Positions 33,270-38,972 of a stretch of DNA of 38,972 nucleotides are shown here, piece after piece. Positions within the stretch are counted from its first letter, which is position 1; each line of letters starts with the position of its first letter. The DNA is from a virus (Duplodnaviria; Caudoviricetes): positions 1 through 38,972 of the IMG/VR virus record IMGVR_UViG_3300031184_000004, one strand, 5' to 3'. Both the position numbers and the translations under genes were made by a program. The notes under the pieces are model-generated. The model worked only from the letters and a program-made list of their open reading frames with translations, did no database searches and was not told where the DNA came from.

Positions 33270-34874
33270 ATGACACTTCGCGACTATCAAGTTAATTTAA
33301 AGCAGGCTGTGCGTAATCAGTGGGACGACGAGACGGTGCGCAATGTGCTGGCCGTCCTGCCCTGCGGCGGAGGCAAGACAACCACCATGGCACATCTCGC
33401 GGCCGAGCTTGACGAACCGGGCCTGGTGCAAGCCCACCGTCAGGAACTCGTCGGCCAGATCTCCATAGCATTTGCCCGGGTGGGCATGCATCACCGGATC
33501 ATCGCGCCCGATGCGGTGATTAGGGAAGTGTCGGCACAGCACATTGACGAGCTGGGCAGGAACTATGTGCGGCCGGATGCCAGCTACGCAATAGCCGGCG
33601 TGGACACGCTCATACGGCGCGCGGATTCTTTCTTTGACCGGGTCAAGCATTGGCAGACGGACGAAGCGCACCACCTATTGCAGGCCAACAAATGGGGCCG
33701 AGCGGTGGGCATGCTCGGCGCGGCGCGCGGTATCGGCTGGACGGCGACACCGTGCCGAGGCGATCGCCGCTCGCTGCGGCGCGGTGACGGCGGCTGCTTT
33801 GATAGCCTGGTGCAAGGGCCGAGCATGCGCGAGCTGATCCAGCGGGGGTACCTCAAGGAGTTCCGCATCTACGGATGCCCGCAAGCGATCGATGTGAGCG
33901 GCGTGCGCGTCGGGAGCGGTGGCGACTTCAACCGCGAGGAACTCGCCGAGGCGGCGCATAAGAGCGCCATCACCGGCGACATTGTCGAGCACGCCATGAA
34001 GCTGGCGCCCGGTAAGAAGGGCGTGACGTTTGCCGTGGATGTGCAGATGGCCGAGGAACATGCCCAGGCGTTCCGCGACGCCGGTGTGAGGGCTGCGGTG
34101 ATCAGCGACAGGACCAGCGCGGCCGAGCGGCTGCGCATCATCCGCGCTTATCGCGGTGACGGGCTTGATGAGGTGTGCAACGTCGATGTGCTGGGCGAGG
34201 GCTTCGACCTGCCTGGGATCGTGCGCGCGTCGTTTGCCCGCCCCACGGCGAGCTATGGCCTCTATGTGCAGCAATTCGGCCGCGCGCTGCGGCCGATGCA
34301 AGGCGAGCCTGTTGGCATCATCTGCGATCATGTCGGCAACGTCGCGCGGCACAAGGGGCCGCCGGACAAGCCGCGCGCGTGGTCGCTCGACGGACTGCCG
34401 CCGCGCGAGGCCGGCGAGGTGCCCACGCGGTTCTGTGCCAACCCTGAGTGCATGCTCATGTGGGAGGGTTTCGGTGCTACATGCCCGCATTGCGGCTGGC
34501 GGCCTGTGCGCGGCAGTGTCCCGCGAGATCGGCCGGAAGTGCTGGAGGGCGACTTGACGCTGTACGATGACAGCATGCTGGCGGCCCTGCGCGGTCAGGT
34601 GGAGCGGATTTCAGGCGCACCGGAAATCCCATGGGGTGCTGGCGAGATGGTAGCGCGCAAGATCGAGAAGGCATGGGCCGTGCGCGCCGAGGCGCAAAGC
34701 GAGTTGAGCACGGCCATTGACCAATGGGCTGGACACTGGCATGCCAAGGGTGAGACATTGGACGCAGTTTACCGGCGGTTCTGGGCAACCTTTGGCCTCG
34801 ACACACTGTCGGCGCTTGCCCAGTCGGGACCAAAGCAACGCGAGATGATAGAGCGAGTTAGGGGGAGTGTGTGA
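33270..34874 (+). CDS. SF2 DEAD/DEAH-box helicase with C-terminal zinc finger
   Basis: LRDYQ, PCGGGKT, HRQELV.Q, DEAHH, TATP.R, EGFDLP, QQFGR.LR, C..PEC...CPHCG. Confidence 0.95.
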   Translation: MTLRDYQVNLKQAVRNQWDDETVRNVLAVLPCGGGKTTTMAHLAAELDEPGLVQAHRQELVGQISIAFARVGMHHRIIAPDAVIREVSAQHIDELGRNYVRPDASYAIAGVDTLIRRADSFFDRVKHWQTDEAHHLLQANKWGRAVGMLGAARGIGWTATPCRGDRRSLRRGDGGCFDSLVQGPSMRELIQRGYLKEFRIYGCPQAIDVSGVRVGSGGDFNREELAEAAHKSAITGDIVEHAMKLAPGKKGVTFAVDVQMAEEHAQAFRDAGVRAAVISDRTSAAERLRIIRAYRGDGLDEVCNVDVLGEGFDLPGIVRASFARPTASYGLYVQQFGRALRPMQGEPVGIICDHVGNVARHKGPPDKPRAWSLDGLPPREAGEVPTRFCANPECMLMWEGFGATCPHCGWRPVRGSVPRDRPEVLEGDLTLYDDSMLAALRGQVERISGAPEIPWGAGEMVARKIEKAWAVRAEAQSELSTAIDQWAGHWHAKGETLDAVYRRFWATFGLDTLSALAQSGPKQREMIERVRGSV

Positions 34875-35044
34875 CGAGATATATTGACGATACCGAGTGC
34901 GAAAAGCACATGACCGATAAAGAGCGCAAGCTTTATACTGAGAATTGCCGTGATATATCGAATGCTGATCTCGTAATGTATCATGCTCGCAAAGACAATA
35001 GGCGCATAAGACACAATGTACGGCGAAGAATGAGGGCGAAGTGA
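34871..35044 (+). CDS. small AT-rich protein (57 aa; not in ORF track)
   Basis: GTGA overlaps at both ends; GGGGGA RBS. Confidence 0.55.
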   Translation: MTRYIDDTECEKHMTDKERKLYTENCRDISNADLVMYHARKDNRRIRHNVRRRMRAK

Positions 35045-35268
35045 CAGAGATAATAGACGATGAGTTGCGGGCGCTGGCCGAACAATACTTAGACACGGCA
35101 AATTCCAGCGTCGAGGCGCGCAAGGAATTCATTGAAATGCTTGCTTGGTTTGCGATGGCATCAAGCCTTGTAATAATTTTGGCCGAGGATGGCGTACTTT
35201 TGCCGCCGGAAACGCGCGAGACTGCTCGGAAAGTGGCAAAGCGATTAGCGCGAGGCTTCCCAGCTTGA
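35041..35268 (+). CDS. hypothetical protein (75 aa)
   Basis: GAGG RBS, coupled on both sides. Confidence 0.55.
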   Translation: MTEIIDDELRALAEQYLDTANSSVEARKEFIEMLAWFAMASSLVIILAEDGVLLPPETRETARKVAKRLARGFPA

Positions 35269-35780
35269 TCGAGACCGATGTCAACAGCCTGATCCGCATT
35301 GAGGGGGCCAAGCGGGGCGTGATCCTGTGGCGCAACAATAGCGGGGCGTTTGAGGACAAAACCGGCCGATGGATCCGCTATGGGTTGGCGAACGACAGCG
35401 CGCGCACCAGCGAACTGGTCAAATCCAGCGATCTCATCGGCATAGGCATGGGCTGGTGGTGGGGATTTCCGGCCATCATGGGGTTCATGATGGCGATCGA
35501 GGCCAAGCGATCGGGCTGGACATTTACAGGCCAAGGGCGCGAGACTGCCCAGGCCAATTACCTGACACTCGTGCGCCGCTACGGTGGGTGCGCATGCTTT
35601 GCAACATCATGGGAAGACGTGGATGGCGAGATTACCCGATACCTTCAGGCGAGAGCAAATTTTGCAGGCGGGCCTGGAATTTGTGCGACGACATGGCTTC
35701 CCCGCGATAACATGCGAGGCCGTGGCCGTAGAGGCGGATTGCAGCTACAAGACGGTGGCGCGGCGCTGGTCCAACCGTGA
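35265..35780 (+). CDS. VRR-NUC (PD-(D/E)xK) nuclease / resolvase-like
   Basis: LWRNNSGA, RYGLAND, SSDLIG, AIEAK, Q..YL..V...GG.A.F; TTG start inferred. Confidence 0.85.
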   Translation: MIETDVNSLIRIEGAKRGVILWRNNSGAFEDKTGRWIRYGLANDSARTSELVKSSDLIGIGMGWWWGFPAIMGFMMAIEAKRSGWTFTGQGRETAQANYLTLVRRYGGCACFATSWEDVDGEITRYLQARANFAGGPGICATTWLPRDNMRGRGRRGGLQLQDGGAALVQP

Positions 35781-35865
35781 GTTGCTTGCCCAGGCCATCG
35801 TCGCCTATGCACGACAGGTGGGCGACGAAGCGATGGTCCGAGCAGGTGAGCGTGTGACGGCATAG
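35623..35865 (+). CDS. TetR-type HTH-only DNA-binding protein
   Basis: RREQILQAGLEF...HGF.AIT.EAVA.EA.CS..TV.R.W.N.E.L matches the TetR N-terminal HTH. Confidence 0.8.
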   Translation: MARLPDTFRREQILQAGLEFVRRHGFPAITCEAVAVEADCSYKTVARRWSNRELLAQAIVAYARQVGDEAMVRAGERVTA

Positions 35866-35867
35866 AA

Positions 35868-35902
35868 AAACCCCGGTCGCGGATGAGGCGCCGGGGTTTA
35901 TT
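35868..35902. terminator. putative (bidirectional) terminator hairpin
   Basis: AAACCCCGG ... CCGGGGTTT stem flanked by A and T runs. Confidence 0.6.
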
Positions 35903-35925
35903 GCGAGCAACAGAGAGATAAACTG

Positions 35926-38049
35926 ATGACTATGCCTGCCATGCCCCCACACAATAGTCAATTCCTTCCCACGGCGCAATATCTCATATCCATTGGCCTG
36001 TGCCCTGTATTGCTGATGGGCAAAAAGCCTGTATTTACAACATACACCGATTACCTCGCCGGGCCGCCGGGCAAAGACGAGATGGCGTTGCCCGTCGAGC
36101 GCCGGCCGCTGCGATATAGCGGCGTGCTGCTCGCGGCCTGGGATGCCGAGTATCCAGGGGCCAATGTCGGCATGCTCACGCGTGACAGGCCGTGCATCGA
36201 TGTGGACGACGTGCGGGTGTGGGATGCCATCCGCGACATCGTACCTGTGACGCCGCACATTAAGCGCGGCGCGCGGGGCTTCACCTTGGTCTACAGCGTC
36301 CATCCTACGGATCCGGTATTGCGGACGCGCACGTTCATCGATCGTTTCAGCAAGACGATGCTGGTGGAGGTGCTCGCCGAGGGCCGCCAAACAGTGTTAC
36401 CGCCGAGCATCCATCCCGATGGAATGCAATATGAATGGGTGGGTATGCCCGAATGGGGCTTTATGTGCCCAACGCCGCTCGACGCCCGCTTGCCGCCGGC
36501 GTTGTCGCAAGCCGTGGTCAATGCCATCGAGAGCAAGCTCGCCGATCTCGGATTGACAAAGCATCGGGTGGAGCGCGGCAAAGGGCTGGCGACGCGCTTA
36601 CCGGACGGCGAGCGGCGCCGATACGAGATGTATGTGCTGCCCAAGTTGCGGGAGAAGGTTGCGGCCGTCCGTGAGGCTCCTGCGGGCTCCAGGCAGGATG
36701 CATTGAACGGCGCGGTGTATGCGCTCGCCCCGTGGGTACGCGAGGCGTTCATTACCGAGGCATGGTTAGAAGGCGAGATGCGCTCGGCCTGCGAGGTGAA
36801 TGGCTATATCCGCGACGATGGGGACAAAGCTTTTGTGCGCCAACTCGACAAGGCGCTTGACGATGGATGGAACGTCGAGCTTCCCGACCTCGACGCCGGG
36901 AGGGCCGCCCAGCTGATGGGCACAGCCCCTTTGGCTTCTGGTGCCCCTGCGGTTGCGGCTGGGTATGCTGCGCCGGTTGAGTTTTGGACCTATGACGGCA
37001 CATTGCCGCCGGAGGAACCCGAACTCATCCGCCGCCTGTTGCCGGCCGCACCGGGCTCGCTGGCCTTCGTGGCTGGTAAATCCGGCATGGGTAAGAGCTT
37101 CTATGTTGCGGCCATGGCTGTTGCTCTCGGCATCGGCGTGGGCACAACGTTCTTCGGGCATCCGGTGCGCGAGCGCGTGGGCACCATCATTATTGCGGCC
37201 GAGGGCGCGGGCGGCATGCGAGCACGGCTCTTTGCCGCCGCACAGGCCATGGGCGCCACGAACAGCTTACCCATTGTCGTCGTGCCAAGCTGCGGCAATT
37301 TGTCGATCGAGGCGGACAGGGCCGCTATGCAGGGCGCCTTGATGCGCGCAGCCGAGCACCTGCGCTTGGTCTACGGCGTGAGGGTCGGCGCCGTCGTGCT
37401 CGACACCATGCTTGCAGCCTTCGGAATGGAAGATGAGGGCGCCAGCGCCGAGGCTCAGAAGGTTTGCGGCTACATGCGTGACATGGCTGTCACGGTGGAT
37501 GCGATCATGGTCGCGGTGCATCATGTCGGCAAAGACGACACGCAAGGCATGCGCGGGAGTAGCGCATTTTACGCTGCGGCTGATTATGTCGTCATCTGCG
37601 GCGGCGTCCACGATCACGTCACGGGCAAAACCGAGAACCGATTTCTAGCCATCGACAAATCGCGCAATGACACAACCGGACCAATTTCTAACGTGGTTCT
37701 TGAGATTATCGGCTTAGGCATCAACCAATATGGGGATGTCAGGACGACATGTTTCTATCGTATGGGTGAGGGTGAAGTCGATCCAATGGCCCATAGGCGT
37801 AAACCTGATAAATCCGAATTCTTTGATAAAGCCTATGACATATGCATAGCAAGGAACGCTGGAAAACCAAGCGACGGCTTGCCCGCTTTGGAATTGCGTA
37901 TGCAGTTCGATCTCATTTATCCATCCGAAAATCTAGCTACGAAGCGTAAGGCATGGGAGCGACTTAAGGACAAAATGCTATCGAGCAAGCGTTATAGGTT
38001 CTATCAAGATATCTGGTTCCGTGAAACAATTGGCGTGACATCGGCGTGA
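35926..38049 (+). CDS. bifunctional primase-polymerase fused to RepA/AAA_25-type helicase
   Basis: Prim-Pol ANVG, IDVDD, QTVLPPSIHPDG..Y.W; G.R...LN helical domain; Walker A GKSGMGKS, AAEG, VVLDT, VHHVGKD, RGSSA, KSRN. Confidence 0.92.
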   Translation: MTMPAMPPHNSQFLPTAQYLISIGLCPVLLMGKKPVFTTYTDYLAGPPGKDEMALPVERRPLRYSGVLLAAWDAEYPGANVGMLTRDRPCIDVDDVRVWDAIRDIVPVTPHIKRGARGFTLVYSVHPTDPVLRTRTFIDRFSKTMLVEVLAEGRQTVLPPSIHPDGMQYEWVGMPEWGFMCPTPLDARLPPALSQAVVNAIESKLADLGLTKHRVERGKGLATRLPDGERRRYEMYVLPKLREKVAAVREAPAGSRQDALNGAVYALAPWVREAFITEAWLEGEMRSACEVNGYIRDDGDKAFVRQLDKALDDGWNVELPDLDAGRAAQLMGTAPLASGAPAVAAGYAAPVEFWTYDGTLPPEEPELIRRLLPAAPGSLAFVAGKSGMGKSFYVAAMAVALGIGVGTTFFGHPVRERVGTIIIAAEGAGGMRARLFAAAQAMGATNSLPIVVVPSCGNLSIEADRAAMQGALMRAAEHLRLVYGVRVGAVVLDTMLAAFGMEDEGASAEAQKVCGYMRDMAVTVDAIMVAVHHVGKDDTQGMRGSSAFYAAADYVVICGGVHDHVTGKTENRFLAIDKSRNDTTGPISNVVLEIIGLGINQYGDVRTTCFYRMGEGEVDPMAHRRKPDKSEFFDKAYDICIARNAGKPSDGLPALELRMQFDLIYPSENLATKRKAWERLKDKMLSSKRYRFYQDIWFRETIGVTSA

Positions 38050-38174
38050 CATCAGCGTGACATCCCTAATTTCATGTCACAAAAGAGCGTGACAGTGTGC
38101 GTGACATTGGGGAGACGTACTGCGTCGTCCCCATGTCACGCCACGCTGTGGACGTCACGCACGAAATGTCACGC
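38033..38174. repeat. iteron-like GCGTGACAT repeat array, putative replication origin
   Basis: Five forward copies (38033, 38044, 38055, 38087, 38099) and four reverse copies (38074, 38133, 38154, 38166) at the end of the primase-helicase gene. Confidence 0.75.
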
Positions 38175-38210
38175 TGTCGCCTGTGAAACATTCTGTTCAA
38201 TGAGGTTGAG

Positions 38211-38414
38211 ATGATTAAGCTGACCGATATAGATGGCCATGAGTTTTGGGTTAACGCCGAGCGCATCTATCTGGTTCATCGTTGGGAAGGGAAAACGGTA
38301 ATAGTTTATGATGCGCTCGTGTTGGGTGTTGAACCCAATGTGGAAGCTAAGACGGATTACGTGAAAGAGACCGTGGCCGATGTGATAACCGCTATCGATA
38401 TGGTGCGTAAATGA
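38211..38414 (+). CDS. FlbD-like small protein
   Basis: MIKLT..DG.EF.VNAE.I..V....T.I....VKET..DV resembles the flagellar FlbD family; GAGG RBS. Confidence 0.6.
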   Translation: MIKLTDIDGHEFWVNAERIYLVHRWEGKTVIVYDALVLGVEPNVEAKTDYVKETVADVITAIDMVRK

Positions 38415-38626
38415 TCACACTAACGAACGTCGTTAAAGATGAGTTAGATTATGATGATGAGATCTATCTTAACCCGCTTCACATAGTCAGCATGAAGCGG
38501 GTTAGCCTATCGGGTACGGATGACGATGATGTGGTGCCTGCTACCGAGATAGTGATGATGTCAGGTGAGGCTATCCATGTGGTGGAGGATCCTAACGAGA
38601 TCCTCAGGCTATGCCACGGTGGGTAA
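38411..38626 (+). CDS. FlbD-like small protein, paralog
   Basis: MI.LT ... IYLNP.HIVSM ... TEI.M.SGE.I.V.E...EIL; ATGA coupling. Confidence 0.6.
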   Translation: MITLTNVVKDELDYDDEIYLNPLHIVSMKRVSLSGTDDDDVVPATEIVMMSGEAIHVVEDPNEILRLCHGG

Positions 38627-38930
38627 GCTGCACAGCACATCGAGGTGGCAACGTATGCGTGCATACCACCTCACCATGCACCCCATGTGCAAGATGTGCT
38701 GGGATCTCGGTAAGCGGTCATCGGCACAGGTGGTGGATCACATCATCCCCCATCGTGAGGATGTGGTGTTGTTCTGGGATACCACCAATCTGCAATCCCT
38801 ATGCACCAGACACCATAACGTGGTAAAGCAGAGCCACGAGAAACGAGGTGGTGTTGTGGGATATGATAGGGATGGTGTACCCTTAGACCTAAATCATCAT
38901 TGGCATGGCAAAGACAGTGCTGATGGATGA
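38619..38930 (+). CDS. HNH endonuclease (HK97 gp74-like packaging cofactor)
   Basis: RW...R...L..HP.C.MC, VDHIIPH, FWD..NLQSLC..HHN..K; adjacent to terS if the genome is circularised. Confidence 0.9.
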   Translation: MGKLHSTSRWQRMRAYHLTMHPMCKMCWDLGKRSSAQVVDHIIPHREDVVLFWDTTNLQSLCTRHHNVVKQSHEKRGGVVGYDRDGVPLDLNHHWHGKDSADG

Positions 38931-38972
38931 GACCGGGGGTATGTTGAAACTATTGGCTATTCCCTTCTAGAC

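Noticed and set aside
1-38972. tRNA, rRNA, integrase/att site or transposase
   Set aside because: None recognisable by eye; tRNAscan and HMM searches would be needed to exclude them formally

Overview
The window looks like an essentially complete ~39 kb genome of a cos/HK97-type tailed phage (siphovirus-like). It opens at the small terminase and ends just after the packaging-associated HNH gene. The host is probably an alphaproteobacterium (GTA-like tail genes, COG5526-type endolysin, strong GANTC avoidance); this is inference. Layout: 33-23413 (+) packaging, head, tail and lysis; 23356-33212 (-) many small early genes, a family-B-like DNA polymerase and an SSB; 33270-38930 (+) SF2 helicase, VRR-NUC nuclease, TetR-like HTH, primase-helicase, putative origin, two FlbD-like paralogs and HNH. 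I recognise no integrase or CI-type repressor. The main unusual feature is a ~6.2 kb enzyme cluster inside the head-tail module. It has four predicted glycosyltransferases, all resembling families that use CMP-activated ulosonic acids: two GT42/Maf/DUF115-like, one GT29-like with sialylmotifs, and one KpsS/KpsC-like. It also has a PLP enzyme, a SAM methyltransferase, a radical SAM/SPASM enzyme with a non-canonical CX9CX2C motif, and a low-GC XF1762/Mom-like gene. Many virion proteins carry Ser-Pro loop motifs, so I propose a candidate virion-glycosylation system. Other observations: a -1 frameshift in the tail chaperone, repeated promoter/mini-gene cassettes, two families of repeated intergenic hairpins, and an iteron-like palindromic origin. 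All family assignments come from recognising motifs by eye; no database search was run.
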